DNA from: Candidatus Bathyarchaeota archaeon
GTDB lineage: Archaea > Thermoproteota > Bathyarchaeia > 40CM-2-53-6
Assembly: GCA_963706285.1 (NCBI GenBank)
Contig: CAVPLU010000016.1
Span: forward strand, 1-64,000
Direction of reading: 5' to 3'
DNA: 64,000 nt
Shown here: positions 21,791 through 32,923 of the stretch, piece after piece
Layout of the letters: each line of letters starts with the position of its first letter
Numbering within the stretch: position 1 is the stretch's first letter
Translations under genes and position numbers: made by a program
Notes under the pieces: generated by a model
The model's database searches: none
Seen by the model: the letters and a program-made list of their open reading frames with translations, nothing else
Told to the model about the DNA's origin: nothing

Positions 21791-22720
21791 CTATGCTAAG
21801 CTGGGATTCAGTTTCTTCGGAATCGAGAGTACGTAGATAGCGAAGAGCATCAAGCAGCCTGCAAGAACCTGCACCAAGCTGATTGGTTCATGAAGCACAA
21901 AAAATGCGAAAACGGCTCCAAACAGCGATCCTATCGAGAATATCACTCCTGTTCTCATTGCTCCAATCTGTTGGAGCGCGAACAAGAAAAGCAGCAGGGA
22001 GAGTCCCACGCTGAAAACTCCCAGAATCAGCAGCCAAGAGATCGCAAATATGCTTGGGACGAAGCGAAAGCCGTAGAGCGAAGCGATCGCGAATAGTAGC
22101 CCACCACCGATAATGCTCTTCAACGAACCAACGTGCAAAAGGCTTCCTCTGACTGTGAGAGGTCGTGAAAGGTTGTTATCGATCCCCCAAAAGAAGGCAG
22201 CAAGGACAACGAGTACGTTGCCGATCAATGTGCCTTGAGAACCAATCTGTTGAAAGTTCAGGTTCGTTGTCAGTATCACTGCGCCCATGATGAGGAGACC
22301 CATAGCAGCGTAATCTCTCGGTCTTCCTCGTTCGCCGAGGAAGAAGAATGCGATCCCGATTGTGAAAAGAGTCTCCGTGTTTCCGAGCAGCGCAGCAGAA
22401 ACCGCCGTTGTCTGGTTGAGTCCGATCAGGTTGAGGGAGGGAGCTAGAACTCCTCCAAACAGTGCGATCGACAGGAGCAAGACAGCATCCTTCCAAGTTA
22501 GCTTCGCTCGTGTGTTGCCCGGCAACTTGAGGAAAGAAGTCAGTTTGGTCTTCTGCGGGAGGAAGCTGATAGCTCCGAGGAATGTTCCTGCAACGATGTA
22601 GGTGATGGATGCGATTATGAGCGGAGATATTGACTCCAGTAGGATTTTGTTGGCTGTGATAGAGATGCCGAACAGGAGGGCCGCGCAGAGTATAGCCACG
22701 TAGCCCCAGTGATGTGACAC
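21791..22720 (-). CDS. DMT/EamA family transporter
   Basis: About ten TM helices, two EamA halves, FFFLGER and FVLHEP ends; GTG start at 22720. Confidence 0.88.
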   Translation of the reverse strand: MSHHWGYVAILCAALLFGISITANKILLESISPLIIASITYIVAGTFLGAISFLPQKTKLTSFLKLPGNTRAKLTWKDAVLLLSIALFGGVLAPSLNLIGLNQTTAVSAALLGNTETLFTIGIAFFFLGERGRPRDYAAMGLLIMGAVILTTNLNFQQIGSQGTLIGNVLVVLAAFFWGIDNNLSRPLTVRGSLLHVGSLKSIIGGGLLFAIASLYGFRFVPSIFAISWLLILGVFSVGLSLLLFLFALQQIGAMRTGVIFSIGSLFGAVFAFFVLHEPISLVQVLAGCLMLFAIYVLSIPKKLNPSLA

Positions 22721-22802
22721 GCTCTTCTTCTCTCCTTGCGTCCGGAACGATGGTTTTTTGGGCAACTTACATACAAACGCTACGTAGAGTGTGTTTCGGT
22801 CG

Positions 22803-23066
22803 ATGGCCGAAGAGAAACTGGAGCAAATTGGCTCCATAGGGAACTACTACAGCAAGATCAGCGTCGCCGTCGTCGACTTGACCGGCAAACTAACCGTTGG
22901 AGACACCATACGACTCAAAGGCGCCACAACGGACTTCCGCCAGAAGGTGGACAGCATGCAAATTGAACATGCAAACGTGCAAAGCGCAGGACCCGGGCAG
23001 TCAATCGGAATGAAAGTCGCAGACAAAGTCCGAAAGGGAGACCTGGTCTACAAAGTTCTCGCATGA
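22803..23066 (+). CDS. Stand-alone EF-Tu domain II-like / U32 peptidase C-terminal beta-barrel protein
   Basis: NYYSKISVAVV, VDSMQIEH, VRKGDLVY. Confidence 0.75.
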   Translation: MAEEKLEQIGSIGNYYSKISVAVVDLTGKLTVGDTIRLKGATTDFRQKVDSMQIEHANVQSAGPGQSIGMKVADKVRKGDLVYKVLA

Positions 23067-23163
23067 TTCAAGACGGTCAAGCGAGTTGCGATGATACACT
23101 GCCGATGGATACTGCTCTCGATGAACCGGGATTTCTGTGCAGCGATCGCACCGTAGAGTCCGT

Positions 23164-24015
23164 TCACGTTGATTGGTCTAGCTTGACAAAGTCCTCCTGA
23201 TCGAGGCTCCAGCCCAAAGCGTTAACGTTCTCCATGACCCTTTGCGGCTGCGATGCCCTTGGTATCGGGAAGACCACTTTGTTCTTGTTCACCAGCCAGT
23301 TGAGGGCGATCTGAGCAGGCGTTTTCCCGTCATGCTTCTGCGATATCTCATCAACGACTGCCCCCAGCTTTCCCGAAGGGTTGGCTAGCGCTCCGTGAGC
23401 AACCGGCCTGTACGCTAGTATGGCAACGCTGTTTCTTTCACAGTAGGGTAGGAGGTCAGCTTCTATCGTCTTGACCTTGAGGCTGTATTCCATTTGGTTT
23501 GACGCAAGCTCATACTTCGACAGCGCTTCTTGTGCTTCTCTCATGCGTGAAAGCGAGAAGTTGCTGACGCCGATGTACCTGTACTTTTCCCTCGTCGACT
23601 AGCTTCTCCATCGCTTTCAGGGTTTCTTTGACCGGCACTAATGGGTTGGGTCCGTGTATCTGGTAGAGGTCGATGTAGGAGCATTGCAGTTTCGATAGGC
23701 TTCGCTGAGCGGCCTTCAGAACTTGATCATATTTGAGATGGGTGATCCAGATCTTTGTGGCGACGAAGAGAGTGTCCCTGTCGTATCCTTGAATCGCTTC
23801 CGCGACGAGCGGTTCAGTGTTATACATTTCAGCCGTATCGATGAGGTTGATGCCTAGGTCGATGCCTCGCTTCAGGGCGGAGATTTTGTCTTCTCTGTCT
23901 TGCCGCTGGCTGAAGATGTGGGATCCCATTATCCATGGAGTGTCGTAGTATGTACCCATGCCAATGGAGGAGACCTTCACTTTTGTTCTTCCAAACTCTC
24001 GGTATTCCGTTTCAG
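23164..24015 (-). CDS. Aldo/keto reductase (frameshift near 23580; start approximate)
   Basis: IDTAEMY, DLYQIH, AQIALNWL, IPRAS. Confidence 0.85.
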
Positions 24016-24039
24016 ATACGCCCCTGACTGTTGTGATGT

Positions 24040-25017
24040 TTAGTCTTCGTCCTGTACAGGTTTGTTCTGGAGAATCTTCTCAATTCGCTCCATTACATCG
24101 GAATCAAGTTTGGGCGCAATCTCTTCCGCTTTCAAGTTTTCAGCAACTTGTTCTGGTCGGCTTGCGCCGGTAATGACTGTGCTCACGTTTGGATTCTTCA
24201 GACACCACGCCAGTGCGAGTTGGGCCATCGAGCAGTCCAAATCGTCAGCTACAAGCTGCAGTTGCTTGACCTTTTCGATTCGTTCTGGGGTGATGATGTA
24301 TTCTCGTAACCATTCGTAGCCTTGAACTGTCGCCCTGCTGTTTGGTGGAATTCCCTTGTTGTATTTGCCGGTCAGGACTCCTGAAGCGAGAGGACTCCAG
24401 ATCGTGGTTCCTAGGCCAATCTCCCGGAAGAGTGGTAAGTATTCCTTCTCCAATTTTTCGCGGTGAAACATGTTGTACTGCGGCTGCTCCATCTGTGGTG
24501 GAGTAAGATCGTGCTCACGGGCAAGCGCGTACGCACGCATGATGTCAGCCGCGCTCCATTCAGATGTTCCCCAGTACAGGATCTTGCCCTGATGGATCAG
24601 ATCGTCCATCGCGCGGACGGTCTCTTCGATAGGCGTGTTCGGATCAGGTCTGTGGCAGAAAAAGAGATCCAAGTAGTCAAGCTGTAGACGCTGTAGGGAA
24701 TTTCTGCATGCTTCGAAGATGTGTTTGCGAGAAAGGCCTACGTCGTTGGGTCCTTCGCCGCCCCAGAAGACTTTGCTTGAGATTATGAGGCTCTCACGGC
24801 GCCAGCCCATTTTCTTGATCACTTTGCCAATTACGATCTCAGCGTTTCCTTGAGCGTAAGCTTCGGCGCTGTCGAAGAAGTTGACTCCGGCGTCGTGTGC
24901 TGCTGACATACACTTGAGGGCGACCTCTTCACCTACTTGTCCGCCGTATGTGACCCAGGAGCCGAGAGACAACTCGCTGATCTTGAGACCAGCATTACCC
25001 AACCGACGATAATTCAT
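24040..25017 (-). CDS. Aldo/keto reductase (Kv-beta-like)
   Basis: LSLGSW, FDSAEAY, YWGTSEW, WSPLASG. Confidence 0.9.
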   Translation of the reverse strand: MNYRRLGNAGLKISELSLGSWVTYGGQVGEEVALKCMSAAHDAGVNFFDSAEAYAQGNAEIVIGKVIKKMGWRRESLIISSKVFWGGEGPNDVGLSRKHIFEACRNSLQRLQLDYLDLFFCHRPDPNTPIEETVRAMDDLIHQGKILYWGTSEWSAADIMRAYALAREHDLTPPQMEQPQYNMFHREKLEKEYLPLFREIGLGTTIWSPLASGVLTGKYNKGIPPNSRATVQGYEWLREYIITPERIEKVKQLQLVADDLDCSMAQLALAWCLKNPNVSTVITGASRPEQVAENLKAEEIAPKLDSDVMERIEKILQNKPVQDED

Positions 25018-25210
25018 GACAACATCCTGAACCGCGTTTGCACTCTTCAAGTATTAAATCGAGAACGCTCACAACTGCAAATATCTGAGAGCGGGAAGGC
25101 TGCATTCGTTCAGGGCAACGAGCCCAGAAGCGTACGTGAAGAAAGGCTTCTGGGCGGATTTCAGGAGTTCGACTGCTTCCCGCTTCTTGAGACAGGCGGA
25201 TAATAGAGAT

Positions 25211-25897
25211 TTACGGCGACTTTCTGAGTCTTCTCTGAACCGCCTTGCTCTCGAGCTCCGTGATGGCGTCGGATGCGATCCAACGGGCGGCTTTCGAGTC
25301 AATCTGCTGGATCTGCTTGGCAGTCTTTATGGCGGCCCTGTTTAGGTTCGGGTTTCTTTTCCCGATATTCCTCAGCGCCCAGTTCACCGCCTTCTTAACA
25401 AAATTCCTCTCGTCAGTCGCTCCACCCTTTATCACCGGAAACAACTTCATGAACTTCTGGTCTTCCGCGTGCTTGTCATGCCATGCGAGGCAGGCTATCA
25501 GGGCGAAGGCAGCCCTCTTGACGTATTCGTCGTCTCGTTTGGACCAGTCACGGATCTTCTTCCATGCAAGCGGCGTCTTCTCGAAGAGGTTCATGCATAC
25601 TTGGTCACAGACATCCCAAGAGTTGAAGTCTTTCACCCAATTCTCCATCTGAGTCTCTGACAGTTTCTCAGGCTCGTCAATCATGGCGGCCATGATTCTT
25701 GCGTCATCTATACCCGTCTTCCATAGCTCGATTGCTAGTTTGTGGTCTTTTCCCAGTTCTTTCGCGATCTTGCGCAGGTCAGGTATCGATACGCCCAGCC
25801 TTTGCTCAACGGCCATCCCGTATCGAGCCATGCCCTCCAACTGGTCGGGTCGAGCTTTCGCCTTCATCCTCTTAAGAGCCACTTCCACAGAAACCAT
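25211..25897 (-). CDS. DNA alkylation repair protein (AlkD-like HEAT-repeat glycosylase)
   Basis: FNSWDVCD, VKKAVNWALRNIGKRN. Confidence 0.85.
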   Translation of the reverse strand: MVSVEVALKRMKAKARPDQLEGMARYGMAVEQRLGVSIPDLRKIAKELGKDHKLAIELWKTGIDDARIMAAMIDEPEKLSETQMENWVKDFNSWDVCDQVCMNLFEKTPLAWKKIRDWSKRDDEYVKRAAFALIACLAWHDKHAEDQKFMKLFPVIKGGATDERNFVKKAVNWALRNIGKRNPNLNRAAIKTAKQIQQIDSKAARWIASDAITELESKAVQRRLRKSP

Positions 25898-26023
25898 TCT
25901 TGATCTCTCTCGCCTCGATGCAAATCGTCTCGCGTGAACCGTTGGACTCATGAGAAAGATTAGGTTAACGAACAAATGTTGGATGAGATGCAACACGAAG
26001 GCTGAAAGAGAAAGCAGCGTCTT

Positions 26024-26571
26024 CTATTCAACCAGTAACAGTCCGAAACGGTTCGTTTCTTCCCCATAGCCTTTCAGCACATGAATTGGGTACCCAATCT
26101 TCCGCACTGTGCTGTAGACATCCACCGAAAAAGCTTCCAGGCTCGGCCGAGCAGCGCGAGGCTGCTTGCATTCTTTCTTGCTTCCAGGGCAATCCGTGCA
26201 CAAATCGCAAGACGCGGGTGGGAAGACAAATGCTTTCGGCAGATCTGCGAGGAAGACTTCTCTCTCAAAAGCCACGGCCTTCTTCTGCATCTCTCGACCC
26301 CATTGGAATCGCAGCTCTGGATCCTTGAATTTGATTGCAGAGTGGAGGAGAAGGCCGAGCTTGTACTCATCAAAGAATCTTCTGCAATCGGCTACGGAGG
26401 GAACTTCTGGCGGGCAGCATCCCCTTCTCCCGAAGTCTGGACAACCGTATTGGCATTTCATTCGAACCCAGTTTGCGGAGAACAACCTTTTTCGGATTGA
26501 TCCATTTGAAATCATTAAACCCATGACTCTTCGCAATTCTTTCGATCCTCCTTGCGGCTGACCTTCGTCAT
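26024..26571 (-). CDS. DUF2284 metal-binding protein (N-terminal frameshifts)
   Basis: WVRMKCQYGC..CCPP, CDLCTDC, RPSLEAFSVDVYST. Confidence 0.8.
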
Positions 26572-26612
26572 TACGAACACCCAATCTGACCCACTCATCA
26601 GGATACTGGGAT

Positions 26613-26825
26613 ATGATCACATCGAATATCCTAGGATCAAACAACACGACAACTCCAACAACTGGTAAACGTTCGGGTATCGGCCTCGCCCTAGTCGCCG
26701 GATTAGCCGTCGCGGCCGCATTAGGTGTCGCTGTTCTTCTGCTACGTCGAGCTATGAAGAATACGGCGACGGGCTCGCACGCTTTGGTATTGGATCAGAT
26801 ATCTCAGGCAAGCGTTGCGGCATGA
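26613..26825 (+). CDS. Small Thr-rich linker plus TM segment, possibly a surface-protein C-terminal remnant
   Basis: NNTTTPTTGKR then GIGLALVAGLAVAAALGVAVLLLRR. Confidence 0.35.
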   Translation: MITSNILGSNNTTTPTTGKRSGIGLALVAGLAVAAALGVAVLLLRRAMKNTATGSHALVLDQISQASVAA

Positions 26826-26916
26826 CCGGCAGCCATATCGGCAGGATTATATGGCACATATGATGTATACCGCACATTAAGTGCGCTATAACCGCATATA
26901 ATGTTAGGTGAACCAC

Positions 26917-27132
26917 ATGGAAGAAAGAATGACCGAGGGATTGTGGGTAGCGGGAACGGCTGTTGTCTCCTCGACGGCGTTCATTGTTCTGGGCATTATG
27001 TTCGGAGGCTCTCCGCTCAGATGGGACATCCATGTCATATTCGCGTCCGCGATTCTTGCGGTAATGCTCGCGCCGGATTCCGTTGGCACTTCCTGCACGG
27101 AAGGGAAGGCACGTAGGAGGGTGCTTCAATGA
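26917..27132 (+). CDS. Small membrane protein
   Basis: Two hydrophobic helices; stop overlaps the next start (ATGA). Confidence 0.5.
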   Translation: MEERMTEGLWVAGTAVVSSTAFIVLGIMFGGSPLRWDIHVIFASAILAVMLAPDSVGTSCTEGKARRRVLQ

Positions 27133-27461
27133 CTGGATTTGAGTGGTTGGCTTCGAGTGGCCTGATAGCAGTAGCCATCGTCGTGATCGGCATCCTGTTC
27201 GTGTGGAGGACGCTCAAAGATAAGAAAGCGGGCTTCCCCGCCACGGACGAGCGCACTCAGAGAATAACTGGAAGAGCCGCGATGACGGCCCTCAACCTCG
27301 GGTGGTACTTCATAGTCGCAATTCTGATCGGGGCTATTGTCGCGAGGGAATTCCTTGGCATGCCTAGCTTTGGCGAGGACTTCTACAGCTACTCGTTGAT
27401 AGCCGTCCTATTGATTCAGAGCATTTCTCTCGGGTTCCTCCGCTGGTACTTTGGCAGGTAA
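27129..27461 (+). CDS. DUF2178-like membrane protein
   Basis: DERTQRITGRAA motif between TM helices; upstream of an XRE HTH gene. Confidence 0.75.
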   Translation: MTGFEWLASSGLIAVAIVVIGILFVWRTLKDKKAGFPATDERTQRITGRAAMTALNLGWYFIVAILIGAIVAREFLGMPSFGEDFYSYSLIAVLLIQSISLGFLRWYFGR

Positions 27462-27474
27462 CGGCGATTCCTGA

Positions 27475-27678
27475 ATGGCGTTCAGGACGAGGATTAAGGA
27501 GCTTAGGGCAAGGTACAATCTGACTCAGGAGGAGCTTGCAAAGAAGGTTGGAGTGAGAAGGGAAACAATACTCTTTGTCGAAAATGGAAAATACGTCCCT
27601 TCCTTGAAGCTGGCTCATGATTTGGCCAAGATCTTGCAGACAACGATCGATGAACTGTTCATTTTCGATGACGATTAG
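27475..27678 (+). CDS. XRE-family helix-turn-helix regulator
   Basis: [26 protein letters not shown]. Confidence 0.92.
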   Translation: MAFRTRIKELRARYNLTQEELAKKVGVRRETILFVENGKYVPSLKLAHDLAKILQTTIDELFIFDDD

Positions 27679-27883
27679 ACGTTCGGGAAATGACGAGAAT
27701 GAATCGAGCTAGGTCTATGCTTCAGTTCGTAACAGGATTAGTGACAGCGATAACATCGGCTGGATTAGTATTCTTCATTGGGAACAGAGAAACTTGGATT
27801 CTGGCCCATGGTTGCGGCAATATTCGGCATCGGCTTGATAGCCACTTCAGGAGCACGCCTCCTACGCTGACACCGACACAGGG

Positions 27884-28102
27884 TCATATTCGATAGTCTT
27901 GTTTAGCTATCTTCTTGGCTCTTTGCACTCGCTTGGGATCTGAGGATTTGATATCATCCAGCAGTTGCTGGATTCTGAGTCGTTTCGCTAGGTCGTGTGG
28001 TTCATGTTGTGTAACATGAAGCAGTAATTTTTGAAGCTCGTTTTCAACTCGTCTTTGGGGTGGGACCGACATTCTCTTCACAATGGAGGGTTGTCGTCTC
28101 AC
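27884..28102 (-). CDS. Hypothetical protein
   Basis: 72-aa ORF abutting the upstream VOC gene. Confidence 0.35.
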   Translation of the reverse strand: MRRQPSIVKRMSVPPQRRVENELQKLLLHVTQHEPHDLAKRLRIQQLLDDIKSSDPKRVQRAKKIAKQDYRI

Positions 28103-28105
28103 GAT

Positions 28106-28522
28106 TTATGATTTGGGCTGTCTGGGCTTTTTGGCTGGTCCAATCAGCTCGATCCAGACACCGTCGGGATCCTTCACGTACGCCAGAGTTTCCGATTCAT
28201 CTCCGAATGGCTTCGCGGCCGGTTTTGCACCTCGCTTGATGAGAAGTTTGAACCACTTCTCGGCATCGTCTACGATGAAGCCGATATGGTCGAGTTCGCT
28301 TCCGTTTTTGTATCGCTCATAGAAGCGGCTTCGTTTCGGATACCAATTCAACTCCAACTTCTGGCCTGTCGAAGGCGCTTTCATCTGTACCCATTTGCCG
28401 CCGTGAGCCATCGTGCCACGATTGGTAACCTTGAGCCCGAGTGAACGGTAGAATCTGAGCGACCTGCGGAGTTCACGAACCTGTATTCCAGTGTAGTATA
28501 GTTTGATCTTATTCCTGGACAT
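28106..28522 (-). CDS. VOC/glyoxalase family protein
   Basis: YTGIQV, LELNWY, LDHIGF, KDPDGVWIEL. Confidence 0.88.
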   Translation of the reverse strand: MSRNKIKLYYTGIQVRELRRSLRFYRSLGLKVTNRGTMAHGGKWVQMKAPSTGQKLELNWYPKRSRFYERYKNGSELDHIGFIVDDAEKWFKLLIKRGAKPAAKPFGDESETLAYVKDPDGVWIELIGPAKKPRQPKS

Positions 28523-28652
28523 GCCTCTGAATCACACGACAGATAATGAGCGACCCGTCAGTCCATAACTCTTTTCGTGTAGGTCCTCCGAAAGATGAAG
28601 GAGAGTGAGCTCCCCCGGGGCTAACTGGCTATTTGTGAGCGACAGACGCTAT

Positions 28653-28931
28653 CTAGTTTGAGAACGGTCCTCTTCCGTAACCTTCGGCGTCTCTGTTTCC
28701 TTGGCCTTCGACTAGAGTCTCCGTACTCATTATTCCAGCTAGTTTGGTTGCTCTCGAAATAGCTTTGAAAAGTTCCTTCACGTCATCATTCTCGAGGAAA
28801 GCTACAATATCGAACCTGCCGAAAACAGCATACGCGTCTGTAACGTGTGCCATGCGTTTCAGTTCTTTTGCGAGGTTCACCGCTCTCGGTACTCTGCCGC
28901 CGCTCTTGATCAGCATTACAGCTCGAATCAT
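28653..28931 (-). CDS. Stand-alone Lrp/AsnC ligand-binding domain protein
   Basis: AYAVFGRFDIVA..STETLV, no HTH. Confidence 0.8.
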   Translation of the reverse strand: MIRAVMLIKSGGRVPRAVNLAKELKRMAHVTDAYAVFGRFDIVAFLENDDVKELFKAISRATKLAGIMSTETLVEGQGNRDAEGYGRGPFSN

Positions 28932-29170
28932 GATTCTGCCTCCGCGGCGACCAAAGTCTCGGTGGTTATGACATCCTGCAAGTTACCGATCTTGGTTCCA
29001 AGAGCTGTAAGGGCTTTCAGGTTCTTGACTTCTATTCTCGCAACGATATCAGCGGTACCGATTACGGGAAATGCGGCCGTGATTCCTGGAAGACCGGCGA
29101 TCTTGTGAGCGACTCGCTGATGATGTCCCGGACGGACTTTGACTAGAACACACGCTTTCACAGCTGTCAT
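28928..29170 (-). CDS. Stand-alone Lrp/AsnC ligand-binding domain protein
   Basis: ACVLVKV..VIGTADIVA..TTETLV; 4-bp overlap with its paralog. Confidence 0.8.
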   Translation of the reverse strand: MTAVKACVLVKVRPGHHQRVAHKIAGLPGITAAFPVIGTADIVARIEVKNLKALTALGTKIGNLQDVITTETLVAAEAES

Positions 29171-29312
29171 CTCTGCTCAGCTGGCGTATTGGCAGGACTA
29201 TCTGCGGAGACGGTTCGATCAGTTAAACATTAGGTTCGAAAGCGACCGAATCTGACGGAGATTACCGCGTTGAGGCTCATTGAGAATCCCTGCGGAGGCG
29301 TGTTGCCGGTAT

Positions 29313-30026
29313 TCATTTGACGGCATTTTCCGCTGATGCGAGAATTCTTTTGATCTCCGATTCAGAGACGCCCAACTGTGAGGATAGCAGCTGTATCGAA
29401 ACAATCGGATTGTGGCGTTTGATCTCCAAGAGTTTGCCGTTTAGGTAATTGTCATATGTCAAGGCTTGTCCCCATTTCTCTTCAAAATTCTGCAGTAGTA
29501 TCTGCGCAAGTCCTTCCGAAGGGATTACGTAGCCTTCTCTTGTCGGTTCGGTTTCGCCAGGAGCGCTAGGCAATCCAAGCACTGTGTATTTGGTATCGAT
29601 TATCACGTATCTCATGTCGCTGACTAGTAGGCCAGCGTGGAATCTCAAATCGGCACCGGCCTCTATGTATCTGCTTGCTAGTGCAAGCCTGTCTTGAGCC
29701 TTTGGAAGTAAATACTGGACGGTGACATTACGGCTCCTCGCACGATGTATCTGTTCGATAATTCCATCAATTCTGTCCTTCGCCTCGGGAGTCTGCGGGG
29801 ATGACCCGGTAATGGAGCCCTTGATCGAGGCGACTGCGTTCTGCATACCGAACTGGACTGAGTTGAAGTATTCTTGTCTTGAAACCATCTTTGCCGTACT
29901 GGTTATCTGCCTCAGCAAGAGTTGCCTTCCATGCGCTTCCCTTCTGGCAAGAATGAGCAGTGAGAGGGTCGCAACCAATAGAACAAGCTCGACAATGAGC
30001 AGCACGAGGCTTACATCTATAATCAA
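29313..30026 (-). CDS. Membrane-anchored protein with a TrmB/PLD-like domain and a C-terminal HTH-like tail
   Basis: N-terminal TM; RARSRNVTVQYL, RYVIID, NFEEKW; LSSQLGVSESEIKRIL. Confidence 0.5.
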   Translation of the reverse strand: MIIDVSLVLLIVELVLLVATLSLLILARREAHGRQLLLRQITSTAKMVSRQEYFNSVQFGMQNAVASIKGSITGSSPQTPEAKDRIDGIIEQIHRARSRNVTVQYLLPKAQDRLALASRYIEAGADLRFHAGLLVSDMRYVIIDTKYTVLGLPSAPGETEPTREGYVIPSEGLAQILLQNFEEKWGQALTYDNYLNGKLLEIKRHNPIVSIQLLSSQLGVSESEIKRILASAENAVK

Positions 30027-30183
30027 ATCGCATTCCTAGTCCAAAGACTCCTTCGCAAATTTATGGATTCCTCAAATAGGCGTGACCTTAAGATCCCAGG
30101 TTCAATCTTGGAAGCGACAAGATGTATGCACAATCCTATTGTGCCGACTTCGCCGTTAAGCGGTACATTCTGAGAGTCAAGCC

Positions 30184-30450
30184 TTGACTATTCAGTCATC
30201 AACACAACTGATCGTACAATTTGGAATATTCTATCTTCTAATCTTAGTCGGATATTTGATCGCCCGATTCTCCGGAAAGGGGCGTGACCGCGAATGCGCA
30301 CTTGACGAGTCTGCTCGTGTCCCTGCAGTGTTGAGCGTCGTCTATGTGGGTTGGTTCAGGTTCAACTCAGAGAAAGCAGCAACGATTGTGACTCTTGGAA
30401 CGCTGCTGCTACTTCCGGAACTTCCTTTTGTGCTTCTTCTATTGAGATAG
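30184..30450 (+). pseudogene. AEC (auxin efflux carrier) transporter remnant with internal deletion
   Basis: First helix FYLLILVGY joined directly to C-terminal ESA..PAVLSVVY..EKAATIVTLGTLL. Confidence 0.6.
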
Positions 30451-30456
30451 AACAAA

Positions 30457-31649
30457 TTATGTTCGTCGTGATTTCAGTTTAAGGTAAGAGCGGTTTTGTG
30501 CGGGCTTAGAATCTTGAAGCTTTGAAGAGGGTGAGACTGAAGGTTGCCTCTTCTTTCTTTTCAATAGAATTGCGCCTATTACTGCCACAAGGACGATAGC
30601 GCCAACCACCGCGAGGTATCCTCCTAAGACCTGACCTTCTTGACCGTACGTTGTCGAGGTCTGTTCAGTCTTTAGAGTGGATTCTGATGGTGGAGCGGTT
30701 GATGAGGTGTGGCTTGAAGCTTCTTCAATGATGAATCTTTTCACGAAGAGCAAATGGTCTTCGTTGAAGACCTCGACTCTCCACATTCCAGGAAACTTGC
30801 CAAGCGCCTCGTAACCGGGATCGTAAAGCGGATCGCCTTTACTACCGGACGCCTCAAGGCCCTTGTTGATGGAGACCTGATAGGCGAACCCAGTGATTTC
30901 CTTGCCGTTCGGGTCTCTCGCAAGCAGAACGGAGTATCCGTCACTTCTCTCTCTGTGCAGGGTACCGTTGGGACTGTAGAATCTGAATGTCAAGCTGGCT
31001 TTCTGACTCATCATTGCTGGCCAATCAGCGTGTTTGATGTCTGTGTAAGCATAGGATATTGCCGCTTCGTCGTTCAGAGCTGTAGTTTTCAGTGATGCCC
31101 ACTGGTAGGCTATCTTGATCGATTCTATTGCACATACCGTAGTTGATTATGTTGAAATCGCTGCTGTAATTCCCTGGATAGATGCTCAATGTCTTGACCA
31201 GTTCATTGTTGCTCTGGGTTCTGATCGTTTGGTTCAGCCACGACTGCTTTGATCTGATGGTCGCCCTGCTTGAAGATCGCATAGTCGGAAATCGTAAAAT
31301 GCCATACCTGCGACCGACCTGTGGCAATTCTTGGGCTGACCGCCGGTTGGTAGCCAACTAACCGAGTCAACCAGCCATCGATCCACCAGTCATCAACGTA
31401 CAAAGACACTACGTACTTGTCAGACGAGACGTTGTCTCCAGCGTTTCTGATTCTGCCATGAATAGACCATGGGCCCCCAGAGACAGGGTGCTCAGGATCC
31501 CATGTGAGATACTCAATCGCGAGATCCGTAGACGCAGAGAAAGCATGATCCAAACTAGCTAGGAAGACTGTCCCCATGATTGTCAATGAGAGCGACAGGC
31601 ATAGTGCAATACGAAAGTGCTTGCTGACGTTCAAGTGAGTTCTTGCCAA
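30457..31649 (-). CDS. Secreted CARDB/Ig-like protein with C-terminal TM anchor (two frameshifts)
   Basis: Signal peptide, DLAIE..IRNAG..LYVD..GDHQIKAVV..NNEL, S/T linker, TM plus KRKKR. Confidence 0.7.
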
Positions 31650-32024
31650 TGGTTTCTAGACTGACGGATAAGACTTGATGCATCCTTGCCGAGCCTCTCT
31701 CGGCGTGCAGAATCTGATGAACCCTCGCCCAATCCTTCGCAAACTGGACACGTCGCGAGAGCACCTGATTCGTTAACCTCTTAAAAGACTCGCGCAAACG
31801 GCGTCAACAGACATCACATTATCGCCAACGCAGTCATTTCAGGAATTTCCTCCAATGAGACTGATGCGTCATTCTAGCGAAAAGCTGCAGGTCTTTGCGC
31901 GACTAGATCCAAACAAAAAGTATGAGGAAACATGATCCATGTACCAAAGAAAAGATGCGAGCCCTACACGCAAGCGTAATAACGCCAAGCAACCATCTTT
32001 GGCCCAATCTACACAACTCGTGAG

Positions 32025-32852
32025 GTTAACCCGACGAAACGGAATATCCTCCTCGGCATTGTCTTGGTGTTTTTTGCGGCGAGCTGGATTGTCCCGCGAG
32101 TTGCTACGAACGGGACTCCGACAAAGTACTATTTCCAGTCGAAGGTTTTTGATTCAAAATACGCTCAATTCTCATGTGATGTCTTGAAGAAGAACTACTC
32201 TACGAACGCCATGGATACTCCGTTGCCTACAGGTCCACTCTGCGAGAGCATATCATTCAAGTCGCTAATGTACCCGGGACTCCCTGCGGTGAATTCGATA
32301 CCTGGGTTCTTTAGTAGAGCTTTGGTGGCTGCACACACCTTCAGTAATTTCAGACTGCATCTGTATCTGAAGGCTGGATCATGTATTGAGACACTTCTCT
32401 CATGCAGACTGACAGTATCGCTCGGTTCATGGACATCCGTGAGTGGAACAAGCAATGCCAAGATTCAGTTCAAAACAACCGTGCTTGTGGATTCTAAAGT
32501 AGCAGTGTTCGATACTCAGATTACCACTCCTGCGGGAATGGAAATCGTTGTACTTGCAGGTGAGGGACTCTCTATAGCCTTCGGAGACATTGCTGGTGGC
32601 GAGGAGAGTTATTCGCAGCCGATCATCCAGTTTGGTGACGCCGCACACGCGAGCTATATTGAGACTGACTCCGTAAGTCTTGAAGGGCAGCCGATTCCAG
32701 AGCTTTCTCTACCTTCAGTTGTCTTGGCCATCTCATTACTAGTGACATTTGCATTTATGACCAGACGCGGGGTAAGTGAGTCGGTCATGCCTACGAAAAG
32801 CCCCGCAAGCTACAATTCATTATGGAGAGTTTCCGCGTCTACATTGCTCTAG
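32025..32852 (+). CDS. Secreted protein with a PEF-CTERM-like sorting signal (start uncertain)
   Basis: KRNILLGIVLVFFAA signal; IPELS followed by a TM helix and RR. Confidence 0.6.
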   Translation, partial: VNPTKRNILLGIVLVFFAASWIVPRVATNGTPTKYYFQSKVFDSKYAQFSCDVLKKNYSTNAMDTPLPTGPLCESISFKSLMYPGLPAVNSIPGFFSRALVAAHTFSNFRLHLYLKAGSCIETLLSCRLTVSLGSWTSVSGTSNAKIQFKTTVLVDSKVAVFDTQITTPAGMEIVVLAGEGLSIAFGDIAGGEESYSQPIIQFGDAAHASYIETDSVSLEGQPIPELSLPSVVLAISLLVTFAFMTRRGVSESVMPTKSPASYNSLWRVSASTLL

Positions 32853-32923
32853 CTCAAACACGACATTGTTAAAGAAGTCCAGACCCAATTCATTTGTGGA
32901 TTTCTCAGAGGTATGCCGTCGAG

